This document shows, one piece after another, positions 49,829-60,521 of a DNA stretch of 64,000 nt. The position numbers were made by a program, and so were the translations under genes. The stretch's first letter is position 1; each line of letters opens with the position of its first letter. Source of the stretch: Thiorhodovibrio winogradskyi (GTDB taxonomy: Bacteria; Pseudomonadota; Gammaproteobacteria; Chromatiales; Chromatiaceae); contig NZ_CP121472.1 of assembly GCF_036208045.1 (NCBI RefSeq), positions 877,531 through 941,530 on the forward strand, in the 5' to 3' direction. The notes beneath the pieces are model-generated. The model saw nothing but the letters and a program-made list of their open reading frames with translations, was not told the origin of the DNA and ran no database searches.

Positions 49829-51754
49829 TTAGGCACTCTGTAACTCGTCGGCCAGGGAGGCGATTTCCTCGATGGCGGCGGCCAGTTCCTCGGCGCCCTG
49901 CGATTGCTGCTTCGACGCACTCGAGGCCTCGGTGGCGGCCTTCTCGGCCTCCTGCGCGGCGGCGGAGATCTGATCCACGCCGGTTTTGACCTGGGCGATG
50001 GCGGCGGCGATCTCGGCGGCGGCGGCGAGAATATCGGCGGTGCCGCGTTGCACCACGCCAACATCGGCCTCGATGGTTTCCAGGCCGCTGGTGATGGACT
50101 TGGCCTTGGCCGCCTCGGCGGTGGCGGAGGCCATGATGTCCTCGAGATCGCGCCCGACCACGTTGATCTGATCTTGCACAGCTTTCACCAAGTCCTTGAT
50201 GCGATCGGCATTCTCGGCCGAGTCATGGGCCAGGTTGCGGATGTCGGTGGCGACCACCACGAAACCCTTGCCAAACTCGCCGGCACGCGCGGCCTCGATG
50301 GAGCCATTGACCGCCAGCATATTGGTCTGGATGGACACCGTTGTGATGGCATCGACAATCTTGTCGATACGCCGCGAAACTAGCTCCAGATCCTTGATCT
50401 GCTTGAGGCTGGCGCGCGAGGCGGTGACGGACTCAGAGACGCCGTTGATCAGGCTGTCGACACTGGTCTTGTTGGTTGTCAGTAGATCGGTGATGGACTT
50501 GACCTTCTCGGCCGCGCCCTGGGCGCGCTGCTGGGCGACTTCCAGGCCTTTTTCGATCTGCGCCACGGCGGAGGCGGACTCCTCGGTGGCCGAGGCTTGC
50601 ACCTGGGCGCTTTTGCGAATCTGCTCAATGGCGGCCATGATCTGGCCGCTGGAGCGGTTGATCTCCTGCACCGCGGAGGACAGTTGCTCGGCGGCTGAGG
50701 CCACTTCCTCGGCGCTCTTGGCGATGTCGGTGGAGTTCTTGAGCTCCTCGGCCAGCTCGGAGAGGTTCTGCGCCGCCTGTTCGCACTCGGCCAGCGCCTG
50801 GGTTTGTTCGGCGATGGTCTTGGCCGATTCCTCGGAAGCGGCGGATTGCTCCTCGGCGGCGGCGGCGATTTCCTCGGTGCCCTTCAAGGCTTGCAGCGCG
50901 GCGGCACCCGACTGCTGGGCGCCGGCGGCGATTTCCTGAATGCCCTCGGTGATTTCGAGAATATCGGCACGAATCTGCCCGAGCTGGGCATTGATCGCCT
51001 TGCCGTTTTCCACCTCGGCCTGCACGGATTCCGCCGAGGTGTTGATGCCCTCGGAAATTGTCTTGACCTCGCCCTGAATCTGCCCGACCAGATCCTGAAT
51101 CTGCTTGGCGCTCTTCTCCGAGGTCTCGGCCAGGGTGCGCACCTCATCAGCCACCACGGCAAAACCCTTGCCATGCTTGCCGGCGCGTGCCGCCTCAATG
51201 GCGGCATTGAGCGCGAGCAAGTTGGTTTGATCGGCAATGCGGGCCACCGCCTTGACGATGTCGCCGATATTGGCTGCTTGCTGTTCCAGTTCGGCGACCA
51301 TTTTCACCGAGTCGCCCTGGCGTTGCGCGGCGATGCCGACATTGCTGATTAGCCCGCTGACCTCATCGCCCACCTTCATGATCAGCACCTGGGAGGCTTC
51401 TACTTTGGTCTGGGAGGTGTTGGCATTCTCCATTTGCCGGCTCAGCGCGGTGTTCACTTGCTTGAAGGCGGCCAGCGACTCCTGCGCGGCGCCCGAGGCT
51501 TCCTCTGCGCCGGTGGCGATTTGGTCGGAGGCGCGCTTGAGTTCCTCCGCCGCCGAGGCCGCCTCATTGATGCCCGAGGCGAGCTGCGTGGTGGCCGAGG
51601 CCACCCGTTCAGCCGCTTGCTGCTGCTTGGCCAGGGTACGCGCACGCTTGCGCTGTGCCTCGGCGTCGCGCGCGGCGGCGGCATTGGAGCGGGCGTCCGT
51701 TGACCCGGCGGAAACGGCGGCGGATGCGGTGGAGGAGTTCTTCACAAGTGCCAT
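49829..51754 (-). CDS. Cytoplasmic double-signalling-domain chemoreceptor (DosM-like MCP)
   Basis: 641 aa with no TM segment. Two separate conserved hairpin tips: ...[37 protein letters not shown]... and ...[37 protein letters not shown]... Confidence 0.85.
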   Translation of the reverse strand: MALVKNSSTASAAVSAGSTDARSNAAAARDAEAQRKRARTLAKQQQAAERVASATTQLASGINEAASAAEELKRASDQIATGAEEASGAAQESLAAFKQVNTALSRQMENANTSQTKVEASQVLIMKVGDEVSGLISNVGIAAQRQGDSVKMVAELEQQAANIGDIVKAVARIADQTNLLALNAAIEAARAGKHGKGFAVVADEVRTLAETSEKSAKQIQDLVGQIQGEVKTISEGINTSAESVQAEVENGKAINAQLGQIRADILEITEGIQEIAAGAQQSGAAALQALKGTEEIAAAAEEQSAASEESAKTIAEQTQALAECEQAAQNLSELAEELKNSTDIAKSAEEVASAAEQLSSAVQEINRSSGQIMAAIEQIRKSAQVQASATEESASAVAQIEKGLEVAQQRAQGAAEKVKSITDLLTTNKTSVDSLINGVSESVTASRASLKQIKDLELVSRRIDKIVDAITTVSIQTNMLAVNGSIEAARAGEFGKGFVVVATDIRNLAHDSAENADRIKDLVKAVQDQINVVGRDLEDIMASATAEAAKAKSITSGLETIEADVGVVQRGTADILAAAAEIAAAIAQVKTGVDQISAAAQEAEKAATEASSASKQQSQGAEELAAAIEEIASLADELQSA

Positions 51755-52495
51755 GGGTTGTATCCTGCGCTGATGAGTGACGATGCGGGTTTAAGCAATA
51801 ACGAAGCCAGGGAGGCAAAAATGGACCAATATCGGCCAGTTGCGTCACGGGGATGAGTCAATGGAGCGTTGTGCTGGGTTGTTGTCAGGGTAAGGCTGTC
51901 AAAAGATTAACGGTTTGGCGTCGTGATTCGGCCGTGCCTCTGACCGCGGCCGCTTTGTGAGGCCAAGATGGGCACCAAGGCTCGCGGAGGGTATTCAATC
52001 GACGGTTTAGTTGTTGAGAGCGCACCCGGGTTGCTCGATCCCATGCCGCCATGACCGGATTGAACCTATCGGGTGGGAGGATGTTGCAGCGTACGTCAGG
52101 ATCAGGGACGACACGGGCCGGGGGGCGGCTGGACGAACGGCCGATTCACGCGCGCTTACCTTCATTGAGTTTAGTCCAGCGCGCGGTCTTTGCGGAAAAT
52201 CAGTGCGAAATCGTCAAGCTGGTCATTTCCAATCCCGCCTGTCACTTGCCGAGGCTGTTGGATTCTTGGCGCACGCCGGCCGCTGGCTGGCGACTTTTTG
52301 ACGCGCGGCCGATTTAGATTTCGGCTTTGGCGTGTGAATCCCGCATAATGACGGACTTGGCTCGTGCCGCGTGGCAGGCTTGTCGGCACAAGACAAGAGT
52401 ACCAAGGTGGCCAGCGCCAAACCCGCTGCAAACTTGGCAATGCTTAGGTCTTGTGTTCCCTTTTTTCGCCGCCGCTTTCACTCGCAGGATTTCAT

Positions 52496-54818
52496 CAGGA
52501 TGCATCACCTCGAACTCACCGATTCTCTCCGTCTCATTCTCGACGCCCGCCATGCCGACCCCTTCAGCGTACTGGGCCGCCATCCCTCGCCCGAGGGGGT
52601 GGTGGTGCGTGCCTTCCTGCCCGGCGCCGAGGAGGTGCGCATTGTCGAGTGCAAGCAACCCATGACCCGCATCGAGGGGACGGATCTCTTTGTCTGGGAG
52701 GGTCCGGCCAGCTTCGTGCCCGAACGTTATCAGCTTGCCTGGCAGGTTCCGGCCAGGGCGAGCCTGGACGACACGGATGAAAGCGACGCGGCGGACACCT
52801 CCAGCAGCGCGACCGAGGCCAGCGCGCATCAGCGATACGATCCTTACTGCTTTCCCTCCCAGCTTCCGGATTTCGACCTACATCTGTTTGGCGAGGGCAA
52901 GCACTGGCATGCCTATCGGCTGCTCGGCGCGCGCGAACATACAGCCGATGATGTCACTGGCGTGCTCTTTTCAGTCTGGGCGCCCAATGCCGAGCGCGTC
53001 AGCGTGGTCGGCAACTTCAACGGTTGGGACGGGCGCCGCCATCCGATGCGGGTACACGGTAATGGCGTCTGGGAGCTGTTTATCCCGGGCCTGGCGGCCG
53101 GGGAACTCTACAAGTACGAGGTGCGCGCGCGCGGCGGTTCCATCGGCTTGAAGACGGACCCCTATGGGCGCTTTTTCGAGGTGCGCCCGCAGACAGCCGC
53201 CGTGGTTGCCGCCCCCGATACCTTCGACTGGCGGGACGGGGACTGGATTGCCCGACGCGCCGAGCACGATTGGATGCGCACCCCCATGGCCATCTATGAG
53301 GTGCATCTTGGCTCCTGGCAGCTCGGCGCCAATGGCGAGTTGCTCAATTACCGCGAGTTGGCGCGCAAGCTGGTGGACCATGTCCAGAACATGGGCTTCA
53401 ATTACATCGAACTCCTGCCCATTACCGAGCATCCCTTCGATCTGTCCTGGGGGTATCAGGCCACCGGCTACTATGCGCCCACCAGCCGTTTCGGCACCCC
53501 GGATGATTTTCGCTGGTTTGTCGATCACTGCCATGCCAATGGCATTGGGGTGATTCTCGACTGGGTGCCAGCGCATTTCCCAAAAGATGCCCATGCCCTG
53601 GCGCGCTTCGATGGGACCGCCCTTTATGAACATGAAGACCCGCGCTTGGGGGAGCATCTGGACTGGTCGACCCTGATCTTCAACTTCGGTCGCAACGAGG
53701 TGAAGAATTTCCTGATTTCAAGCGCGCTCTTCTGGCTCGAGGAGTACCACATCGACGGGCTGCGGGTGGATGCTGTCGCCTCCATGCTGTATTTGGATTA
53801 TTCCCGCACCGACTGGGTGCCGAATCGCCATGGCGGGCGCGAGAATCTCGAGGCCATTGATTTTCTGCGCGAACTCAATGTCATCACCCACGACCAGGTG
53901 CCAGGGGCGCTGATCATGGCCGAGGAGTCGACCTCCTGGCCACAGGTGACCCGCCCGACCTATTTGGGCGGCCTGGGCTTTGATCTGAAATGGAACATGG
54001 GTTGGATGAACGATACCCTGCGCTATTTTGGCGAGGATCCCGTCCATCGCAAATACCATCAGGACAGCCTGACCTTCAGCATGCTCTATGCCTTCACCGA
54101 GAACTTCCTGCTGCCCTTCTCGCATGATGAGGTCACGCATGGCAAGCGCTCGCTGCTCTATCGCATGCCGGGGGATGAATGGCAGCGCTTTGGCAATTTG
54201 CGCCTGCTCTATACCTATATGTATACCCACCCGGGCAAGAAGCTTTTATTCCAGGGCTGCGAGTTCGGCCAGGGCGAGGAATGGGACTGCACCAAGGTGC
54301 TTGATTGGTATGTGCGCGAGTATCCGCTGCATCAGGGTATCAGTGAGCAAATTCGCGTACTGAATCGGCTGTATCTGGCGCATGCCCCGCTGCACGAGCA
54401 GGATTTTGACTGGCGGGGCTTTGAGTGGATCGACTGTCATGATGCCGAGAATTCGGTGCTTATCTATCAGCGCAAGAGCGGCGGGGAGCCGAAAGACCCA
54501 GGTGCCGAGCATCTGGTGGTTGCCTTGAATTTCACCCCAGTGCCGCGCGATGGTTACCGCATTGGCGTGCCGGTGCTCGGGCGGTATCGGGTGCTGTTCA
54601 ACTCCGATGCATCCCAGTATGGCGGCTCGGATTATTGGAAAGCGCCCGAGCCCATTCAGGCCGAGGCCGTGCCCTGGATGAATCGCCCAGCCTCGTTGGT
54701 GGTCTCGCTGCCGCCATTGGCGGGGATCATTCTGCAACCCGAGCCTCCGTCGGAGACGGCCTCCGAGTTCTCCGATGGCGAAGCCGCGGCTGAAACAGCC
54801 GTTGGCGAGGATGCCTGA
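52496..54818 (+). CDS. glgB: 1,4-alpha-glucan (glycogen) branching enzyme
   Basis: ORF 52371..54818, start taken at [14 protein letters not shown]13 catalytic motifs (...GFNYIELLP..., [17 protein letters not shown], ...) and the C-terminal all-beta domain. Confidence 0.9.
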
Positions 54819-55010
54819 GACCAATTGACCCCAACAGCGGGTGCCGAAGGTGATCGGGCGATGATCAGGAGGGGCCTTGATCATAAAACGGGCCGCTCCC
54901 ACGAATCCTGGCTCAGCGAGGCGATTGGCTATGATCACGGCCATCAGGAGGCGATCACACCCCGCCCGCAACTCACTGCCAAACAGACTTAACGATTCAG
55001 GACAGCAGTC

Positions 55011-57212
55011 ATGGTAAAAAAGGCAAGCCCTAAGTCATCGAATGCCCGCGGGGCGAATACGGGCAAGAACGCGGTTGAGGATTTGGGCCAGGGTCCGGAG
55101 GCCACTCCTGTTGGCGCGGGCACGGAAAGTCCCGCGGCCAAGAGCACATCCGCGCCTAGGATGGGCGCGACCCAATCTCAAGCCGCCCCTGAAATTGGGC
55201 TTGAAGCCCGCCCTGCGTCAGAGCCTGTCGCCGGATCCAAAGCTGGGGCTGACGCCAAGCCAGAAGAAGTGGAAGGAACCTCATCCGCCCCCACAACCGC
55301 CCCCGCAACCGTCAAGTCATCGACCGCTGATCAGGCCGAAATGGCGACCGCGAGCACTCCGTCTAAAGTGTTACGCGTGGAAGAAAACACGAAATTAGCG
55401 GATCGCGATCAGTCGGTGGCGACCAAGGCCGATGCTGAATCAGGCAATGCCAAGGCCGCAAAGACCGAGACCAAAGCGTCCCAGGTGGGTGGGCCGAACA
55501 AATCGCCGCCGCAGGCGCAGCCGTCATCGGGGCTATCATCCACGCATCAAGCCCAGTCCTCATTCAAGCATGCACCCAAGTCCCCATCCAAGCCGGCCCG
55601 GGCATCGGAGTCTGCATCCGCGCCGTCTGCCGATCTGAAACCAGAATCCGAAGCGGCACTTGAATCGGCATCCGAGCCAGCGCAAGCACCTACCCCAGAG
55701 CCCGAAACGCCGGCATCCCATTACCCGCCGCGTCCGAGTCTCTTTATTGTCCATATCACGCCCGAGATGGCTCCCGTGGCCAAGGTTGGCGGCTTAGCCG
55801 ATGTGGTCTTTGGCCTGTCGCGCGAACTGGCGATTCGCGGGAATCATGTCGAAATTATTTTGCCCAAGTACGACAACCTGCGTTACGACCATATCTTCGA
55901 GATGCACCAGGTGTTCAATGATCTCTGGGTGCCCTGGTACGACGGGGCCATTCATTGCACGGTGTATTTTGGCTTTGTGCATTCACGCAAATGCTTTTTC
56001 ATCGAGCCGCATTCACATGACAATTTCTTCAATCGCGGCAGCATTTACGGATTTAATGACGATATTCTGCGTTATGCTTTCTTTTCGCGCGCGGCCATTG
56101 AGTTTTTGTGGCAGGCCGGCAAGCACCCCGACATCATTCACTGCCATGACTGGCAGACGGCCCTGGTGCCGGTGTATCTCTATGAGTTTTATCAGCAACT
56201 CGGCATGACGCACCCCCGTGCTTGCCTGACGATTCATAATTTCAAGCATCAAGGCATTACCGGCGCGGAGGTGCTGCGCGCCAGCGGACTCCATCGACCC
56301 GAGCACTTTTTTGACCGCCTGCGCCTGGGTGACGACCATCATCCCAATGCCATCAATCTGCTGAAGGGTGGCATTGTGTATTCAAACTTTGTCACCACCG
56401 TCTCGCCGCGCTATGCCTTCGAGACCAAGGACCAGGGCCAAGGCTTCGGCTTGGAGTCCAGCCTGCATACCCATCACATGAAATATGGTGGGGTGGTCAA
56501 TGGCATTGACTATGACGTCTGGAATCCGGAGATTGATCATTATATTCCGGTGCGCTATGGCATCGAGAATCTGGATGGCAAATACGACAACAAGCGCGCT
56601 CTGCGCCATCGGCTCATGCTGGCCGACAATGAAAAGCCCCTTGTTGCCTTTATTGGCCGGCTCGATCCACAAAAAGGGCTGGAGTTGGTGCGCCATGCGA
56701 TTTTCTATGCGCTCGAGCGTGGTGCTCAATTTGTCCTGCTTGGCTCCAGTCCAGATCATCGCATCAACAACGATTTCTGGGGGCTGAAACGCATGCTGAA
56801 CGACAGCCCCGACTGCCATCTGGAAATTGGCTTCGACGAGGAGCTCGCCCATCTGATCTACGCCGGCGCGGACATGATGCTGGTGCCGAGTCAGTTCGAG
56901 CCCTGCGGCCTGACGCAACTGATCAGCCTGCGCTATGGCACCATCCCGGTGGTGCGCACCGTCGGCGGCCTGGCGGATACCGTCTTCGACAAGGACTATT
57001 CCGAGCGTCCGCTGCACGAGCGCAACGGCTACCGCTTTGACAACTACGACACCCTGGGACTCGAATCCGCCTTGGGCCGGGCTCTGGCCTGCTACTACAA
57101 CTTCCCCGAGCACTTCCGCGAGTTAATCAAAAACGCCATGCGCTGCGACTACTCCTGGAACCGCCCCGGGCAGGATTATCTGAACATCTACGATTTCATC
57201 CGCAACCGCTGA
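55011..57212 (+). CDS. glgA: Glycogen synthase GlgA with a ~240-aa Ala/Pro/Ser/Lys/Glu-rich low-complexity N-terminal extension
   Basis: The catalytic domain starts around aa 245 (LFIVHITPEMAPVAKVGGLADVV...; ...GGLADTV...). There is no in-frame Met just before the catalytic domain, so at least part of the extension is probably translated. Confidence 0.8.
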   Translation: MVKKASPKSSNARGANTGKNAVEDLGQGPEATPVGAGTESPAAKSTSAPRMGATQSQAAPEIGLEARPASEPVAGSKAGADAKPEEVEGTSSAPTTAPATVKSSTADQAEMATASTPSKVLRVEENTKLADRDQSVATKADAESGNAKAAKTETKASQVGGPNKSPPQAQPSSGLSSTHQAQSSFKHAPKSPSKPARASESASAPSADLKPESEAALESASEPAQAPTPEPETPASHYPPRPSLFIVHITPEMAPVAKVGGLADVVFGLSRELAIRGNHVEIILPKYDNLRYDHIFEMHQVFNDLWVPWYDGAIHCTVYFGFVHSRKCFFIEPHSHDNFFNRGSIYGFNDDILRYAFFSRAAIEFLWQAGKHPDIIHCHDWQTALVPVYLYEFYQQLGMTHPRACLTIHNFKHQGITGAEVLRASGLHRPEHFFDRLRLGDDHHPNAINLLKGGIVYSNFVTTVSPRYAFETKDQGQGFGLESSLHTHHMKYGGVVNGIDYDVWNPEIDHYIPVRYGIENLDGKYDNKRALRHRLMLADNEKPLVAFIGRLDPQKGLELVRHAIFYALERGAQFVLLGSSPDHRINNDFWGLKRMLNDSPDCHLEIGFDEELAHLIYAGADMMLVPSQFEPCGLTQLISLRYGTIPVVRTVGGLADTVFDKDYSERPLHERNGYRFDNYDTLGLESALGRALACYYNFPEHFRELIKNAMRCDYSWNRPGQDYLNIYDFIRNR

Positions 57213-57423
57213 GCCGCTGAATGGCTGAACAAGGCTCGGCCTCCAGTCGCGGCGAATGCATGCGCCGCTTCTGTCGCGTGCCGCCGCCCCGCTTGAGCTT
57301 CATTTGCTCAGGTCTGATAATACGAAAATTTTTGTGAGCGCCTATCCGGTCCCGACGCGTTCCAGCGAGCGCTATCGCATCGCGTGCCAGCAGACCGGGT
57401 GACAACGGAATTTAAAACAACCC

Positions 57424-58524
57424 ATGAAGATCGGAATTCCAGCCGAAACCCTTGCCGGCGAGAAACGCGTCGCCAGCACTCCGGATGTGGTCAAAAAACT
57501 CGTCGGCAAGGGCTTCTCCGTCCTGCTTGAGCAGGGTGCCGGCACCGCTGCCAGCTACCTGGACCAGGCCTATCAAGATGCCGGCGCCGAGACCGTCGAC
57601 ACCGCCGCCTGCTTCGCGGCTGACTTGGTGCTCAAGGTCCGTCGTCCAAGCCAGCAAGAAGCGGAGCGGCTGCAATCCGGCGCCACCCTGATCAGCCTGA
57701 TCGAAAGCTGTGCCGGCATGGGATCAGAAGACGAACTGATCCAGACCACGGTCGCGCGCGGCGTCAATCTGCTCGCCATGGAGCGCATCCCGCGCATCTC
57801 CCGCGCCCAGTCGATGGACGCGCTGTCCTCGCAGAGCAATATCGCCGGCTATCGCGCCGTGATCGAGGCCGCCGCGCACTATGGGCGCTTCCTGCCGCCG
57901 ATGATGACCGCCGCCGGCTCGGCCAAGCCTGCGCGCCTGGTGGTGCTGGGCGCAGGTGTCGCCGGTTTGCAGGCCATCGCCACCGCGCGCCGCCTGGGCG
58001 CCGATGTGCATGCCTATGACGTGCGCCCGGAGACGAAAGAACAAATCCAATCGCTCGGCGCCAAGCCGATTGAACTCGACCTCGGCGAGGAAGGCTCGGG
58101 CGAGGGCGGCTATGCCAAGGAACTCTCGGACGCGGCCAAGGCGCGCCAGCAGCAGTTGCTCGCCGATGAACTGGCCAAGGCGCAGGTCATCATCACCACG
58201 GCGCTGATTCCCTGTCGCCCGGCGCCCGAGTTGATCACGCCCGAGGTGGTCGAGCGCATGCGTCCCGGCTCGGTCATCGTCGACCTGGCCGCCGCCAATG
58301 GCGGCAACTGCAAGCTGACCGAGCCTGACCAGATCGTCGAGCACCATGGCGTGCGCCTGATCGGCCACACCAACTATCCGTCCATGGTCGCCGCCGACGC
58401 CAGTGCCTTTTACGCGCGCAATCTGCTCAATCTGTTGGAGATTATGGTCGAACCGGGCGAGTCCGGGCCGACACTCAAGGATTTCGAGGCCGATGAGATT
58501 ACCCGGGCGATGCGGGTAAACTAG
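57424..58524 (+). CDS. pntAA: NAD(P) transhydrogenase subunit alpha part 1 (dI domain)
   Basis: 366 aa: MKIGIPAETLAGEKRVASTPDVVKKLVGKGFSV..., with the Rossmann motif VLGAGVAGLQAIATARRLGA. Confidence 0.9.
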   Translation: MKIGIPAETLAGEKRVASTPDVVKKLVGKGFSVLLEQGAGTAASYLDQAYQDAGAETVDTAACFAADLVLKVRRPSQQEAERLQSGATLISLIESCAGMGSEDELIQTTVARGVNLLAMERIPRISRAQSMDALSSQSNIAGYRAVIEAAAHYGRFLPPMMTAAGSAKPARLVVLGAGVAGLQAIATARRLGADVHAYDVRPETKEQIQSLGAKPIELDLGEEGSGEGGYAKELSDAAKARQQQLLADELAKAQVIITTALIPCRPAPELITPEVVERMRPGSVIVDLAAANGGNCKLTEPDQIVEHHGVRLIGHTNYPSMVAADASAFYARNLLNLLEIMVEPGESGPTLKDFEADEITRAMRVN

Positions 58525-58551
58525 GGGCTGTTATCTTTGTGGGGTGTGAAC

Positions 58552-58725
58552 ATGACTCAAGATATCACTCATCTGGTTCTGGAGCATCTGCCTGCCATTC
58601 GTTCCGATATGGATGAAGTCAAACAAGGGGTGTCCAGTCTCGAACGACAGATGGCCGCGATGGGGCAGCAACTCGCGGAGCTGACAGCCGCCGTGCAAGG
58701 CAACAAGCGCAATAACTCAATTTAA
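58552..58725 (+). CDS. Small predicted coiled-coil ORF inserted between pntAA and pntAB (speculative)
   Basis: 57 aa from [67 protein letters not shown]-like sequence lies upstream. No homology recognised. Confidence 0.3.
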   Translation: MTQDITHLVLEHLPAIRSDMDEVKQGVSSLERQMAAMGQQLAELTAAVQGNKRNNSI

Positions 58726-58748
58726 CCAACAGTCTGGAGCCCAACCGG

Positions 58749-59033
58749 ATGTCCGAATCCATCATCGCCCTCTATGTCTTCGTGCTCGCCTGCGTCATTG
58801 GCTACTACGTCATCTGGGGCGTCACCCCGTCCCTGCACACGCCGCTGGTGGCCCTGACCAACGCTATCTCCGGCATTGTGCTGGTCGGCGCACTGCTGGT
58901 CACGGGGGCGGAAAACGCGGGCTGGTTCGCCAAAACGGTGGGTTTCCTTGCCGTGTTGCTGGCCAGTATCAATGTCTTTGGCGGTTTTCTGGTCACCCAC
59001 CGGATGCTGTCGATGTTTAAGAAAAAGAAATAA
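58749..59033 (+). CDS. pntAB: NAD(P) transhydrogenase subunit alpha part 2 (membrane dII-alpha)
   Basis: 94 aa, three TM helices: [50 protein letters not shown]... Confidence 0.85.
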   Translation: MSESIIALYVFVLACVIGYYVIWGVTPSLHTPLVALTNAISGIVLVGALLVTGAENAGWFAKTVGFLAVLLASINVFGGFLVTHRMLSMFKKKK

Positions 59034-59036
59034 GGA

Positions 59037-60506
59037 TTGCGCTTCATGGATCTCTGGCTCCAATTCAAGCAAGCCGCTGGTCATGCCCTGGGCGAGGTGC
59101 TGACCTCCGGCCTGTCAGTCAATGCCCAAGCACTGGCCTATCTGGTCTCGGCGTTTTTGTTCATCCTCGCGCTCAAGGGCCTGACTCACCCGGCGACGGC
59201 GCGGCGTGGCAATCTCTACGGCATGCTCGGCATGCTGATTGCCATTGTCGCTACCCTGGCCGGCGCCGAGGTGATGTCCTATTGGCTGATCGGCGTCGCG
59301 GTCATCCTGGGCGCCATCATCGGCACGGTGATTGCCAAACGCATCCAGATGACCGACATGCCGCAACTGGTGGCTGCCTTGCACAGCTTTGTCGGCATGG
59401 CGGCGGTGTTAGTCGCTATCGGGACCTTCCTTAATAAGCGCGCCAGCGGCGATCTCAATGCGCTGCTGATGGGTGAACTGTCCGCCGGCATCGTTATTGG
59501 CGCCATTACTTTTACCGGCTCGGTCATTGCCTTTGGCAAATTGCAAGGGCTGATCAGCGGCAAGCCGGTCAAGTTCTTTGGTCAGCATCTGCTCAATGCG
59601 CTCATTGCCATCGCCACCATCGCGCTCGCCGTGCAGTTCGCCCAGACCGGCGCCATCTGGGCGCTGATCTTGATGACACTGCTGGCCTTTGTACTTGGCG
59701 GGACGCTGATTATTCCCATTGGCGGCGCCGACATGCCGGTGGTCATCTCCATGCTGAACAGCTACTCGGGCTGGGCGGCGGCGGCAACCGGCTTTACCCT
59801 GCACAATAAGCTGCTGATCATCGTCGGCGCTTTGGTCGGCTTCTCCGGCGCCATTCTGTCCTTCATCATGTGCCGGGCGATGAACCGCAGCATCATCAAT
59901 GTCATCTTCGGCGGCTTCGGCTCCGATGACAGCGGCGGCGACAGCGCCGGCGCGGTGGCGGCGCAGAAGGGTGTGAAATCCGCCTCGGTCGAGGACGCAG
60001 TCTACTGGATGGAGGACGCCGGCAAGGTCATCATCGTGCCGGGCTACGGCATGGCGGTAGCCCAGGCGCAACATTCCATCAAGGACATGATGGAACTGCT
60101 GCAGGCGCGCGGCGTGGAAGTGAAATTCGCCATCCACCCGGTCGCCGGGCGCATGCCGGGACACATGAACGTGCTCTTAGCCGAGGCCGACATCCCCTAC
60201 GACCTGGTGCTGGAAATGGACGAGATTAACCCTGAGTTCCAAAGCGCCGATGTCGCCCTGGTGGTGGGCGCCAATGATGTGGTCAACCCGGCGGCGAAGG
60301 AGGACAGCACCAGCCCTATCTACGGCATGCCCATCCTTGAAGCCGGCAAGGCGCGCCAGGTCTATTTCCTCAAGCGCTCGATGCGCCCCGGCTACTCAGG
60401 CGTGGATAACCTGCTGTTCTATCAGGACAACACCTCGCTGATTTTTGGCGATGCCAAGGACAGCATCGATGGCATGGTCAGCGCGTTAAAGGGGGGCGGG
60501 CATTGA
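59037..60506 (+). CDS. pntB: NAD(P) transhydrogenase subunit beta
   Basis: 489 aa. Membrane domain plus the C-terminal dIII NADP(H)-binding domain (...VIIVPGYGMAVAQAQH..., ...ADVALVVGANDVVNPAA...). Confidence 0.9.
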   Translation: MRFMDLWLQFKQAAGHALGEVLTSGLSVNAQALAYLVSAFLFILALKGLTHPATARRGNLYGMLGMLIAIVATLAGAEVMSYWLIGVAVILGAIIGTVIAKRIQMTDMPQLVAALHSFVGMAAVLVAIGTFLNKRASGDLNALLMGELSAGIVIGAITFTGSVIAFGKLQGLISGKPVKFFGQHLLNALIAIATIALAVQFAQTGAIWALILMTLLAFVLGGTLIIPIGGADMPVVISMLNSYSGWAAAATGFTLHNKLLIIVGALVGFSGAILSFIMCRAMNRSIINVIFGGFGSDDSGGDSAGAVAAQKGVKSASVEDAVYWMEDAGKVIIVPGYGMAVAQAQHSIKDMMELLQARGVEVKFAIHPVAGRMPGHMNVLLAEADIPYDLVLEMDEINPEFQSADVALVVGANDVVNPAAKEDSTSPIYGMPILEAGKARQVYFLKRSMRPGYSGVDNLLFYQDNTSLIFGDAKDSIDGMVSALKGGGH

Positions 60507-60521
60507 GTGCGCATCAAATCG

